NCBI GenBank assembly: GCA_032718475.1
Contig: JAUCBJ010000548.1
Coordinates: 62,001 to 126,000 of the forward strand
DNA from: Nemertoderma westbladi
Lineage: Eukaryota > Animalia > Xenacoelomorpha
Length of the DNA stretch: 64,000 nucleotides
Reading direction: 5' to 3'
Below, one piece after another: positions 51,901-64,000 of this stretch (its first letter is position 1; the number at the start of each line of letters is the position of its first letter). A program made the translations under genes and the position numbers. The notes beneath the pieces were generated by a model that worked only from the letters and a program-made list of their open reading frames with translations, ran no database searches and was not told where the DNA came from.

Positions 51901-54900
51901 GTTCCTGTGGTGGTGTAAACCGGGACGGCTGTGGGTTGCTGTGGTGGTGTAAAGATATTTGCGGGACAGCTGTGGGTTCCTGTGGTGGTGTGAAAATATT
52001 ACCGGGACAGCTGTGGGTTCCTGAGGTGGTATGAAGAGATTCGCGGGACAGCTGTGGGTTCCTGAGGTGGTATGAAGAGATTCGCGGGACAGCTGTGGGT
52101 TCCTGTGGTGGTGTGAAGAGATTTGCGGGACAGCTGTGGGTTCCTGTGGTGGTGTGAAGATATTTCCGGGACAGCTGTGGGTTCCTGTGGTGGTGTGAAG
52201 AGATTTGCGGGACAGCTGTGGGTTCCTGTGGTGGTGTGAAGAGATTTGCGGGACAGCTGTGGGTTCTTGTGGTGGTGTGAACCGGGACAGCTATGGGTTC
52301 CTGTTGTGGTGTGCACCGGAACAGCTATGGGTTCCTGTGGTGGAGTGAACCGGGACGGCTGTGGGTTGCTGTAGTGGTGTAAAGAGATTTGCGGGACAGC
52401 TGCGGGTTACTGTGGTGGTGTGAAGAGATTTGCGGGACAGCTGTGGGTTCCTGTGGTGGTGTGAAGAGATTTGCGGGACAGCATGGGTTACTGTTGTGGT
52501 GTGAACCGGGACAGCTGTGGGTTCCTGTGGTGGAGTGAACCGGGACGGCTGTGGGTTCCTGTGGTGGTGTAAACCGGGACGGCTGTGGGTTGCTGTGGTG
52601 GTGTAAAGATATTTGCGGGACAGCTGTGGGTTCCTGTGGTGGTGTGAAAATATTTCCGGGACAGCTGTGGGTTCCTGTGGTGGTGTAAAGAGATTTGCGG
52701 GACAGCTGTGGGTTACTGTTGTGGTGTGAACCGGGACAGCTGTGGGTTCTTGTGGTGGTGTGAACCGGGACAGCATGGGTTCCTGTTGTGGTGTGAACCG
52801 GGACAACTGTGGGTTATTGTGGTGGTGTGAACCGGGAAAGCTATGGGTTCTTGTTGTGGTGTGAACCGGGACAGCTGTGGGTTCTTGTGGTGGTGTGAAC
52901 CGGGACAGCTGTGAGTTCCTGTGGTGGTGTGAACCGGGACGGCTGTGGGTTCCTGTGGTGGTGTAAACCGGGACGGCTGTGGGTTGCTGTGGTGGTGTAA
53001 AGATATTTGCGGGACAGCTGTGGGTTCCTGTGGTGGTGTGAAAATATTACCGGGACAGCTGTGGGTTCCTGAGGTGGTATGAAGAGATTCGCGGGACAGC
53101 TGTGGGTTCCTGAGGTGGTATGAAGAGATTCGCGGGACAGCTGTGGGTTCCTGTGGTGGTGTGAAGAGATTTGCGGGACAGCTGTGGGTTCCTGTGGTGG
53201 TGTGAAGATATTTCCGGGACAGCTGTGGGTTCCTGTGGTGGTGTGAAGAGATTTGCGGGACAGCTGTGGGTTCCTGTGGTGGTGTGAAGAGATTTGCGGG
53301 ACAGCTGTGGGTTCTTGTGGTGGTGTGAACCGGGACAGCTATGGGTTCCTGTTGTGGTGTGCACCGGAACAGCTATGGGTTCCTGTGGTGGAGTGAACCG
53401 GGACGGCTGTGGGTTGCTGTAGTGGTGTAAAGAGATTTGCGGGACAGCTGCGGGTTACTGTGGTGGTGTGAAGAGATTTGCGGGACAGCTGTGGGTTCCT
53501 GTGGTGGTGTGAAGAGATTTGCGGGACAGCATGGGTTACTGTTGTGGTGTGAACCGGGACAGCTGTGGGTTCCTGTGGTGGAGTGAACCGGGACGGCTGT
53601 GGGTTGCTGTAGTGGTGTAAAGAGATTTGCGGGACAGCTGCGGGTTACTGTGGTGGTGTGAAGAGATTTGCGGGACAGCTGTGGGTTCCTGTGGTGGTGT
53701 GAAGAGATTTGCGGGACAGCTGTGGGTTACTGTTGTGGTGTGAAGAGATTTGCGGGACAGCTGTGGGTTACTGTGGTGGTGTGAAGAGATTTGCGGGACA
53801 GCTGTGGGTTCTTGTGGTGGTGTGAAGAGATTTGCGGGACAGCTGTGGGTTACTGTTGTGGTGTGAAGAGATTTGCGGGACAGCTGTGGGTTACTGTGGT
53901 GGTGTGAAGAGATTTCCGGGACAGCTGTGGGTTCCTGTGGTGGTGTGAAGAGATTTGCGGGACAGCATGGGTTACTGTTGTGGTGTGAACCGGGACAGCT
54001 GTGGGTTCTTGTGGTGGTGTGAACCGGGACAGCTATGGGTTCCTGTGGTGGTGTGAACCGGGACAGCTGTAGGTTCCTGTGGTGGTTTGAACTGGGACAG
54101 CTGTGGGTTACTGTTGTGGTGTGAACCGGGACAGCTGTGGGTCCTGCGGTGGTGTGAACCGGGACAGCTGTGGGTTACTGTTGTGGTGTGAACCGGGACA
54201 GCTGTGGGTTCCTGTGGTGGTGTGAACCGGGACAGCTGTGGGTTACTGTTGTGGTGTGAACCGGGACAGCTGTGGGTTCTTGTGGTGGTGTGAACCGGGA
54301 CAGCTATGGGTTCCTGTTGTGGTGTGAACCGGGACAGCTGTGGGTTCCTGTGGTGGTGTGAACCGGGACGGCTGTGGGTTGTTGCTGTGGTGGTGTAAAG
54401 AGATTTGCGGGACAGCTGTGGGTTACTGTTGTGGTGTGAACCGGGACAGCTGTGGGTTCTTGTGGTGGTGTGAACCGGGACAGCATGGGTTCCTGTTGTG
54501 GTGTGAACCGGGACAACTGTGGGTTCTTGTGGTGGTGTGAACCGGGAAAGCTATGGGTTCTTGTTGTGGTGTGAACCGGGACAGCTGTGGGTTCTTGCGG
54601 TGGTGTGAACCGGGACAGCTGTGAGTTCCTGTGGTGGTGTGAACCGGGACGGCTGTGGGTTCCTGTGGTGGTGTAAACCGGGACGGCTGTGGGTTGCTGT
54701 GGTGGTGTAAAGATATTTGCGGGACAGCTGTGGGTTCCTGTGGTGGTGTGAAAATATTTCCGGGACAGCTGTGGGTTCCTGAGGTGGTATGAAGAGATTC
54801 GCGGGACAGCTGTGGGTTCCTGTGGTGGTGTGAACCGGGACAGCTGTGGGTTCCTGTGGTGGTGTGAACCGGGACAGCTGTGGGTTCTGTTGTGGTGTGA

Positions 54901-55973
54901 ACCGGGACAGCTGTGGGTTCTTGTGGTGGTGTGAACAGGGACAGCATGGGTTCCTGTTGTGGTGTGAACCGGGACAGCTGTGGGTTCTTGTGGTGGTGTG
55001 AACCAGGACAGCATGGGTTCCTGTTGTGGTGTGAACCGGGACAGCTGTGGGTTCTTGTGGTGGTGTGAACCGGGAAAGCTATGGGTTCCTGTTGTGGTGT
55101 GAACCGGGACAGCTGTGGGTTCTTGTGGTGGTGTGAACCGGGACAGCATGGGTTCATGTTGTGGTGTGAACCGGGACAGCTGTGGGTTCTTGTGGTGGTG
55201 AGAACCGGGTTGTGGTGGTGTGAATCGGGACAGCATGGGTTCCTGTTGTGGTGTGAACCGGGACAGCTGTGGGTTCCTGTGGTGGTGTGAACCGGGACGG
55301 CTGTGGGTTGCTGTGGTGGTTAAAGAGATTTGCGGGACAGCTATGGGTTCCTGTTGTGGTGTGAACCGGGACAACTGTGGGTTCCTGAGGAGGTGTGAAC
55401 CGGGACAGCTGTGGGTTCTTGTGGTGGTGTGAACCGGGACAGCTGTGAGTTCTTGTGGTGGTGTGAACCGGGACAGCTATGGGTTCCTTTGTCGTGTGAA
55501 ACAGGACGGCTTTGGGTTCCTGTTGTGGTGTGAACCGGGACAGCTGTGGGTTCCTGCGGTGGTGTGAAGAGATTTGCGGGACAGCTGTGGGTTCCTGAGG
55601 TGGTATGAAGAGATTCGCGGGACAGCTGTGGGTTCTTGTGGTGGTGTGAAGAGATTTGCGGACAGCTGTGGGTTCCTGTTGAGGCGTGAAGAGATTTCCG
55701 GGACAGCTATGGGTTCCTGTGGTGGTGTGAAGAGATTTGCGGGACAGCTGTGGGTTCCTGTGGTGGTGTGAAGAGATTTGCGGGACAGCTGTGGGTTCCT
55801 GTGGTGGTGTGAAGAGATTTGCGGGACAGCATGGGTTACTGTTGTGGTGTGAAGAGATTTGCGGGACAGCTGTGGGTTCCTGTGGTGGTGTGAAGAGATT
55901 TGCGGGACAGCTGTGGGTTCCTGTGGTGGTGTGAAGAGATTTGCGGGACAGCTGTGGGTTCCTGTGGTGGTGT
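45968..55973. repeat. ~10-kb G/T-skewed satellite of 41-bp and 34-bp monomers with a 1048-bp higher-order repeat
   Basis: Monomers tgtgggttcctgtggtggtgtgaagagatttgcgggacagc (41 bp) and tgtgggttcctgtggtggtgtgaaccgggacagc (34 bp). Identical ORFs at 50951, 51999 and 53047, and at 51243 and 52291, are each 1048 apart. Confidence 0.97.
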
Positions 55974-56955
55974 TAAGAGGCGCCCAACCAGATCAACACG
56001 GCCGGCCGCGGAGACCAATAAGTCAAAATAACAAAAAAATAATATTTTATTCATTTTAAGAACTTTTTATCTATGTGCGATTTTACCATTTGGTTGTTTG
56101 ATACGCGCCAGAGAAAATTACATAATAAACTATAGATAAGAAACTCCGCCACATAATTTTATAATAAAAATAACAGTTTAAGTTCACCTTAACACAGAAG
56201 TCGAAGGACAGTTCAAGGACTAATTCAGATTATAATGTAACTTTTGAACAATTTACAAAATGTTATATTAAGAAATTAAATAATTTACTACAAAAAAGTG
56301 TTTACAATAATAAAGATAGCACTGTATGCTTGGTAGTACAATAAATAATAATTAGTAAAAGTAAAAAACAAATAATACTTAACTTAACATTCATATAAAT
56401 GGTATCTAAAACAATATTTCATTTCAGATATTATGTTACACCAACTAATAATATACAAGTGAAGTATCAACCTAAAACGCTGATGAAAGTTGACAAAAAT
56501 TCGCGGGTTCGAGCTACAGGTTGTAAAAAATAACTATTTACATAAAGTAGCACTTTATATCACATTAAATGTTATTCCTTAATTTAATTAGAAAGCCCTA
56601 TTACGTACAGTAATAATAAATATATACAAAGTATATCTGTAAAACCTACGCCTACTAACATTCTCCTCATCTAAATAATTTGTGAAATATGTGTGAATTA
56701 TTTTATCCTAATACGTACGTAAGTTCCCTGGCATGGAAACCTGTTTTTCAATGTCATACAGACTACGGACTACTACAGTACATCAATGCTCAATGATCAA
56801 ATATTATAATAAGAAACTATATTAGTTGTAGCCAGTTATCATTGAGGTCCTCGCACTCAATATCCCCCCCCCCCCCCCCCCCATATATGCCCCCCTCCGC
56901 GGTGCTTATACTCACTATCCAGCCCCCCAGTATGCCTCCATCCCGCAGTAAGACC

Positions 56956-58587
56956 TTATTTTTTATTAACGACCTCCCTCTTCAGTATATCTGCGAGGGC
57001 TCGTCTCATAGCCAAGCGCTTATCATCGTCCGTAGCAACAGTTCCAATCTCTTTAGACTCCTCGCTTCCTTTGAACCCAGAGGCGGCTAGTTCCGTGGCG
57101 CGTTGCTGTTTCCGTAGCAACAACAACCGATTGCGCTCCTCCTGCAGGGAGCGATATCTCGACGCGCTAGTCCCGGTCCAGTCTGGTCGTGAGGGATCGA
57201 AGGCCCCCGCCGAGGCACCGATCGATCTTATAGTGTCGACGGATTCGGAATCGATGGACTTCCGGGTCACCACCGGGGGTAGAACCCGGGCCGGCGAACG
57301 CGGCTTCGTACCAGCTGGCGGTGGCCTTGGTAAGCGATGATCGCGAATCTCGCCCAGGTTACTAGGTGACGTCGGGGGTGACCAATCGGTGTCTTCCGTT
57401 GCGGAGGAGACAGACGCCGCGGCTCCTGCGATGCGAGCCAACTCGGCGTAGTTGGGAAGGCGCTCGTCCGAGGGAGAAGAGTCAGAGTGTGGGACCATGT
57501 CACCGGAGTGATGGAAGCTGGTGCCAGTCTGGGAGAACGTGTCAGACGGCGCGAACCTCTTATCGGACTGCGTGACTCTCTCACCAGAATGAGCGACCCT
57601 TTCACCAGTGTCGATCTCACCAGAGTGTGCGACGTTAGTATCACCAGCAGTTCCCACCAAACCTCCCACAGCCTGTGACTCAGCACCAAGACTACCTGAC
57701 TTGTAGTTAGTTGCCAATGATTCATACGCGGGTGGTGGGGAACGACTTGGGTACGTCGAGGATTCCCCAGAACCGACACCAGACGCGACCTTCTCTTGAC
57801 CGAGTTTATCCTTCGCATCAATGTTGCAAGTTGAATCCATAGTTCGTTCTGTGAAGGAGTTTCCCGCGTGGGATTCAAGATCTAATAAAGACAACCGAAT
57901 GGCCTGCTCCAACGATACCCGTTCATCCTCCCCCATACGACTAAGGTCTTCGCTCTCACGTCGACTCAACGACAGAACGTGCCGTAAATTATCTGAGTAT
58001 TCATCATGCTGCATCCGAACGCGCTGAAACTCCTCCTGGGAGATTCGAATCGCCCTCAATAAATCCGAAAACTCCTGCTCCTCCATTGGACGATATCCGT
58101 TATCACTTGACTTATCACCGGATTCGTCACCCATCATTAGAAATCCCTTCTTCTGCAACGTTTTCAAAGCTTCTAATTCTAACTCCATATTCTTAGAAAC
58201 CATTATTCTTTTGAAAAGTAGAAAATCATCCGCTGCCCAAACCTCTTCTAAGATCTTACTCGATACAGTAACGTCGTCCTTTTTCGTGTTTTTACCAGTA
58301 CATATACCAATGAATTGTTCTATAGTTATTCCGATGTCATACAGATAACTTTCCAACAGATGTTCTACAAGTTCCCGGTAGCTGTTGTGCACTGGAGTAT
58401 ATTCGAGTTTATTTTCTTCATTATTATCAAATATGATACATTGCGATTCTATATAGTTGGCGACAGGAACACTCCACAGCGGGCTGATGAGAAATCCAAC
58501 AACGCCATCAGCAATCCAGTCGTCGGGATCATCCGTACTCTTAGTTTGGGAACCGCGTCTTTTCTTAGATTTCCATCCGAAAACCAT
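56956..58587 (-). CDS. CFAP36: Cilia- and flagella-associated protein 36 (CCDC104/BARTL1)-like, single exon, ~543 aa
   Basis: First in-frame ATG at 58587 (MVFGWKSKKRR). N-terminal BART-like domain DWIADGVVGFLISPLWSVPVANYIESQCIIFDNNEENKLEYTPVH...WAADDFLLFKRIMVSKNMELELEAL. C-terminal RNRLLLLRKQQR...RRALADILKREVV. Confidence 0.88.
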   Translation of the reverse strand: MVFGWKSKKRRGSQTKSTDDPDDWIADGVVGFLISPLWSVPVANYIESQCIIFDNNEENKLEYTPVHNSYRELVEHLLESYLYDIGITIEQFIGICTGKNTKKDDVTVSSKILEEVWAADDFLLFKRIMVSKNMELELEALKTLQKKGFLMMGDESGDKSSDNGYRPMEEQEFSDLLRAIRISQEEFQRVRMQHDEYSDNLRHVLSLSRRESEDLSRMGEDERVSLEQAIRLSLLDLESHAGNSFTERTMDSTCNIDAKDKLGQEKVASGVGSGESSTYPSRSPPPAYESLATNYKSGSLGAESQAVGGLVGTAGDTNVAHSGEIDTGERVAHSGERVTQSDKRFAPSDTFSQTGTSFHHSGDMVPHSDSSPSDERLPNYAELARIAGAAASVSSATEDTDWSPPTSPSNLGEIRDHRLPRPPPAGTKPRSPARVLPPVVTRKSIDSESVDTIRSIGASAGAFDPSRPDWTGTSASRYRSLQEERNRLLLLRKQQRATELAASGFKGSEESKEIGTVATDDDKRLAMRRALADILKREVVNKK

Positions 58588-58786
58588 AGTAACGGGGATA
58601 ATAACCAAAACATTTACATCACAATCAAACTACGATAGCTATAATTGATTGATCGCTTTGGGGTGGTCAGGCGATTGTGAGCTACTTTATACATGGTGGA
58701 CGCAAAAATACGGTCGTGGTGGAATGGAAATAATTTCTTATAATATATAAGATTCTTACTATATTATATTATTATTTTTATTTTAG

Positions 58787-58860
58787 GTCACACCTTGGTG
58801 TAGTGGTTGCATTGAATTCACATCTCCTGTAGGTCGTGGGTTCGATCCGCACTTGGGCCA
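58787..58860 (+). mobile_element. tRNA-derived SINE head
   Basis: A box TGGTGTAGTGG and B box GGTTCGATCC, without a canonical cloverleaf. A similar B-box head lies on the minus strand near 17455-17520. Confidence 0.6.
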
Positions 58861-59085
58861 GGGCAGTTGTCGTTTCGGCACGAATGCTTTGAAAGGACCA
58901 GCCAGGGCGCATCTAGGGCGCATCTCTGCCTTGCATGCATCCTTAAGTGGTAGCTGAATGAGTACTGGAGTTTTCTCGGTGGAGTATAGTTCTGGGGGGA
59001 CCGCACTAGAAATAATTCGTCAGACTTTGTGCGCAATCCCTGGACTAACGGCCGAGAAAATGTACTTTTTTACTTTACTTTACCG

Positions 59086-59306
59086 CCCATGTAAAGAATA
59101 CCAGGATTTCTCTTTTCGGTCGACCTTTTATTGGAATTTTATATATGAAGATTTTTAATTTTTTTTAATTTATCTTTATTAAGTGTTTTATAGCGCTTAT
59201 TTCTGTCTTATAACCTGTACATATACTAATTCGTTTATTGTTTTGGTTAGATTCAGCCCTTCTGTAACCTGTGTTTTTGGTGAAAACCTGGTATTCTTCA
59301 CATGGG
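59086..59306. mobile_element. ~220-bp MITE with TIR cccatgt(a/g)aagaataccagg; relatives at ~33898-34025 and ~42845-42870
   Basis: cccatgtaaagaataccagg at the left end and cctggtattcttcacatggg at the right end. Confidence 0.75.
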
Positions 59307-62300
59307 GGTAACTGCAAAGTGAAATATAACGGCAGAAAGTCTGGTATTTTCGCATGGGCCTACTTTACTATATTATAAATATACTTACAGTTACAATGTT
59401 ATGGTAATGAAATAAATCAATTGAACCCCCAATTTATTGATCAATTTTCTTACCTTGTAAAATATAGAATATTGTAACACAATTAATTTGATAAAGTGAA
59501 AATAATGACACGTTATTAAAATTTCATATACCAGGTAAGTGCTTAGTTAGTCTTAGTCAGAACTTATACTCCGAGCAGGGGCCAAGAATCATTCACAGTG
59601 TCACATCCATGACACTATATAATGTAAATTATCTTAACTACATTCTACTTACTACAGGTAACATGTACGCGCACGAGACAGTCTGAGCGTTAACATATTA
59701 TAAAAACATTATGGATGAATGGTATGTAATGCTTGGTGTTGTAATACATAATAAAACCTGATCATTTTTGTTGAAAAAAAAATACATATTTCTAGACCTA
59801 TTACCTATCAGCATCTCCTCTCACCTCTGCTCTATATCAATAACTAGAGTGTCTTTACAAGATGGTATGTACGTACCAGCGGTACGCGGCTTTAAATTAA
59901 TATATCGGTAAAACTTGCAAGCAATTATTTGCCAATTGGCATGTACTGTTGTGGTTGTCCTCTACTACATGAAATACGGCACGTTATATTTTGTTCTACT
60001 ATCTACTTAAGGTACCGGGTACCCTTCCTAAAGGTATACAAGTATAGGCCATGGAAAGCACATCCTGACATTAAAGAACACACTGGATGCAAAAAGTGGT
60101 GAAGTGTGCCAACATAATTACTGTTGCCATGCCAACCAGCAGGACGGCCTTGTAGGAATACCCAATGGCCTACGGTTATCTTAGTAACCTATGATTCGCC
60201 AGAACACCTTCTAAGCAACAACTATGCCTAAACAATTTGCAGCTTCAATTTGTAGCTGCAATGCACGCTTCTTTGAATAGGATATTATTAGTGTAGAATA
60301 TCTATCTATCCATTATTGTACTAGTATTATATTTGGAAGTTACGAACTTATTATTGTAATATTAATGTATTAATAATATACATTTCCACTCCGTTGGCAT
60401 TTTAAACCCGCCAACTCGTGTAGAACTCAACCACTCGGACAGAATAGTTGAATTTCGCTAAATTGAAATTAAGTGAAAAAAAGCGTGTAACGCTTACTTT
60501 TTTAAATATATATAATATGTTGGACACACCATCCAACACTTGTTTGAACGCGTTAGACAGCACCAGGGTGGGACGGCCAATGATGGAAGCGAACAGGGTA
60601 AGACTGTGCACAACCACATCATGACGCACCGCGGCGAGCCCAATACACGTTGGCTGACTGACTGGTGTGAATTGTACGGTGCTGTACAATTTTACGGTGC
60701 TGCTTCCCAGTGGTTAGTTACAGTACAGACATATCTTCATTTCGTTACCTGTTCCGGCCCCCTTTGGGAATTTCTCTACATTTCCTGGTTTGGCCTCCTG
60801 AGAATGCCTTCAGTTGCGGGGCGATCAGCAGGCTGCCGTCAGCTGATCACTGATTGCATGCAACGTCTAGGTCTTGTTGCTTTTTAGTTTTTTACATACT
60901 TTGGCACTGACATACCTAGCGGTAAGATTTTTACTTAACGTGCTTGATAATAAATAAACATAATTAACTCTTTATTATTGGATTTTCAAGCTTCTACTTC
61001 AATTACTTTTTTATCGAATAATAGTCCTTTTTTCGATACTATGTCCATAATGTTCTAGAATCGGATTATTAGAGTCCAAAAATATAAATCTATTACGCTT
61101 TCTTGAGTTGTCAGGAATTCGCGGTATAATAATATCCTATTATTGTTCTACAACATTATTCTGGGGAAATCAAACAACCTTTTTACCTTCCTTTTTCTTA
61201 TATAATCTGTAGTTCTTGCTGGATGCGCATATCCACACTTTATTCTCTTTGTTTTTTTCGTTTTTGTAATTATTCTTTGAACTTTCTTTTTGTTTTAATT
61301 TAAATTTAATCATTTGTTTTATTTTATATTCAAATGTCGAATATATTATTGTCTTTTAAAGCTTAGTTACTCACATGTAAAATTGTTATCACATCAATGG
61401 TGAACAAACACACTTCTTGCCTTTTACTATCCACACTGTTAATAACAGTAGACTTATAACTTATGCATTTATTTTACTGTTTGCTATATCCGAATAAAGT
61501 TCGCAGGTATTAAAGACTGTATTTGATGATCTATGGTTAATCCACTCTAAAATAAATTAGCCAACAAGCACAGGCTATGTAAATTCTTATATATTTGAAT
61601 AAAATGATGAAGTTGTAGTAAATTACTCATCTATAAATACTCGTAATAAATATACACGGAACTATAATTGTTGCTGTATGAAATTAAATGGTAATATTTA
61701 GGAAATATGGTAATTGTTTGCAATTGCGATTTCGGGATTTGGTGCCGTGTAGATTTATGTCACTTAATAATTAAATTATATTATTTCCAACGCGGCGTAA
61801 AAACAATTTTTGGTATAACCTTTTAAAATTTATTTAATGATATGAATAAACTTTTATTTTAATGATTAAATATATTTTTAAATATATATTTAAACGTCGG
61901 TTCACCTTAATAAGGATTAACAATTTGAACTTTTACATATCATAATTTACTATTTGTTTCATTGTATTCATAATTTAGCATTTTGCATTGGAGCAGTAAG
62001 TAAGTTCATGTCTCTAATTCAATATTAAAAATGGACACGAGAACTGCATCCTGCATTTATGTCACACATTACAATACAGTACACAGCAACAAAAGTTTTA
62101 TTTATTAGCGAGTTTTATTTAGCACTTTACAACTTTTGAGGACATTACAGCATCGTATTGGCCTGTACATTTAGTATTGTATTTGGTGTTAGTAGTTAAG
62201 TAATGTCCCCTTAGTGGACATTACTTAACGCCTTCATTGGTTACCCGTAAACAATAGGTGGAAATTTGCCTGACAGCCAGATAGGCCTACTGCATTACCT

Positions 62301-63101
62301 ACCGGTAGGCGGGGTATAGCTATTAATAACCAGTAGCTATATTATTAACATGGCATCAAACGCCACCATAAATATCAGCTAACTTATTTATAACATAATT
62401 TATGTCATTTTTACATTTATTTATACAGCAACTAATTTAATTTGTGCAGTTTGTATCACTTATAATATATGTACAATCATTTCTTAATATTAAAATTTTG
62501 GAATAAAACTACATACATACTTATTGCAAACTACTTTACAGTGTTCTGATCCTCGTGGCTTTACAGTATTTTCACTCACTCACTAACGTTCGTTCGTGTA
62601 ACAAAGCCACTCGGATCATCATACTGTAAAGTGCTACTTTACACACAAGTATGTAAATAGTTATTTCCGTAAATCGTAGTCTTCTTAAATATAGTCTACA
62701 TAAATAGGTTAATTTTCAACTATGAACGGGTTCTTACAGGTTTTTAAAAAAAAAGCCCGCCCATAGGACGGGTTCTCAATGCTGGAAATGCAGCTTTCAA
62801 ATTTCAAGTAAGATAGAACATAGGACTAGTGCATTTTTTAAGTTGAAAGTTGCATGTTGAAAGTTGACTGTTTATGTGTGAACGTCCCCATTGGCTACAA
62901 TATGTTCTATCTTATAATTGAAAGTTGAAAGCTCATGTGTGACACGGGCCTTAAGAGTATCACTGGAAAGTATCATGTATGTATTGTATAATAATAGTCA
63001 AATAATAATAGATTTAAAGTAATATTGATTATAGAGTTTTTGTATACTGATGTATATTATACTATTGTTATTTTCAGCAGTATGATTATTACAATAACAA
63101 T

Positions 63102-64000
63102 ATGAAGAAGTATTTCTACTGCTCTTTCGGGTTTGTCTTCATATGTTCCATTATTATATACGTTTATTTGTATTTCTTTGAAACAGACTTCCCAAAGTTA
63201 CCCAGTCAGCTGATAGAAAACTACCATAAGCTGTTACCCCACGGCTATGTAGCAGTCCACTCTGGTGATGATAAGGGTGTGGATAATACATTCAATGTGC
63301 CTTTAGAACAACTCACTCACTTATCAAAAAATTCAACAAGATCTTCCAAACAATTACAACAATTTAGGAAGAAAACTGAATTATCAAATGAAACAGGTAT
63401 TGCTAACAGGGGAACTTCAGATGATATTAATCGACAAGTTTCCGTTGATGAAAAAAACCACTGCCCAAATAATGTCGAGGTTTTCCAACTATTGGATTCT
63501 GAAGAATCTCTTGTAAAACAAATCGATAATCACAGTTGTCTGACCGAAGGTACGAACTTCCAGATCAGTATTTCTATACGAAAATGCGTGTGTCTGTCTG
63601 GTTGGAAAGGACCCCAGTGCAACATACCGAACATTATACTCAGCTCTACACTGCCAACCACAATCACTCCTATTTTACGCCAAGCTCCCCGTCGTCTTAT
63701 CAATGCATTCCCTATAAACATTGAATTCGAATTATTACAAGCGCGATTTCACGAACTTTCAGGATTAGTTGACGTCTACGTTATTCTAGAATCGAATTAT
63801 ACGATGAATGGATCAGCGAGGCCGTTGTTTCTCCAAGACAAACTCAGGGAAGGAGTTTTCGGAATAGAAGCCAAGAAGATATTATACGTCTGTTTGGGTT
63901 ATTTTCCTAAAGGTGCGGATAAAGATGGTTGGATTTCGGTTAATTTGCATCGAGATTACATCGGGGAGGCAGGGTTGGCCGAGCGATTACGCGGATGGCG
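63102..64000 (+). CDS. MGAT3: Beta-1,4-mannosyl-glycoprotein 4-beta-GlcNAc transferase (GnT-III, GT17)-like, 3'-incomplete
   Basis: Open from ATG 63102 to the window end. Type II anchor MKKYFYCSFGFVFICSIIIYVYLYFF, then CVCLSGWKGPQCNIP and PRRLINAFPINIEFELLQARFHELSGLVDVYVILESNYT (GT17 signature). Confidence 0.85.
   Translation, partial: MKKYFYCSFGFVFICSIIIYVYLYFFETDFPKLPSQLIENYHKLLPHGYVAVHSGDDKGVDNTFNVPLEQLTHLSKNSTRSSKQLQQFRKKTELSNETGIANRGTSDDINRQVSVDEKNHCPNNVEVFQLLDSEESLVKQIDNHSCLTEGTNFQISISIRKCVCLSGWKGPQCNIPNIILSSTLPTTITPILRQAPRRLINAFPINIEFELLQARFHELSGLVDVYVILESNYTMNGSARPLFLQDKLREGVFGIEAKKILYVCLGYFPKGADKDGWISVNLHRDYIGEAGLAERLRGW

Noticed and set aside
45968-55973. Mucin-like Pro/Thr/His-rich ORFs in the satellite
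   Set aside because: Monomer lengths 41 and 34 are not multiples of 3, so frames rotate and stop. There is no signal peptide or unique domain.
60400-61320. Possible gene or transposase remnant (95- and 115-aa ORFs)
   Set aside because: No recognisable motif or splice structure, so I could not support a call.
63102-64000. Functional link between MGAT3 and the glycosylatable innexin
   Set aside because: They are over 30 kb apart with CFAP36 between them, and proximity alone is not evidence in an animal genome.

Overview
AT-rich, repeat-dense animal genomic DNA, most likely ctenophore (inferred from the innexin motifs YCWTQGLYTIKEAY, YPGIIPE, HLWYQW and FPKMVAC). Host genes: an intronless sterol-desaturase/fatty-acid-hydroxylase-family gene (2178-3221 +), followed by a pseudogene copy amplified in three near-identical 1567-bp tandem units; a minus-strand innexin locus (12456-29967); an intronless CFAP36 (-); and the 5' part of an MGAT3/GT17 glycosyltransferase (+, runs off the window and is absent from the ORF track). 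Main finding: the innexin locus has three intact paralogous first coding exons (N-terminus, TM1, EL1, TM2) at 16414-16971, 25011-25559 and 29419-29967. All three end at the same phase-0 AAG|GTAA donor, but I found only one set of downstream exons (14462-14626 and 12456-12953). This suggests a variable-first-exon/constant-exon innexin diversification system. The rest is LINE fragments (one RTE with a 13-bp TSD), MITEs, Helentron/HINE-like elements, tRNA-derived SINEs, several minisatellites and a ~10-kb 34/41-bp satellite with a 1048-bp higher-order period. All comparisons were made by eye, with no database searches.
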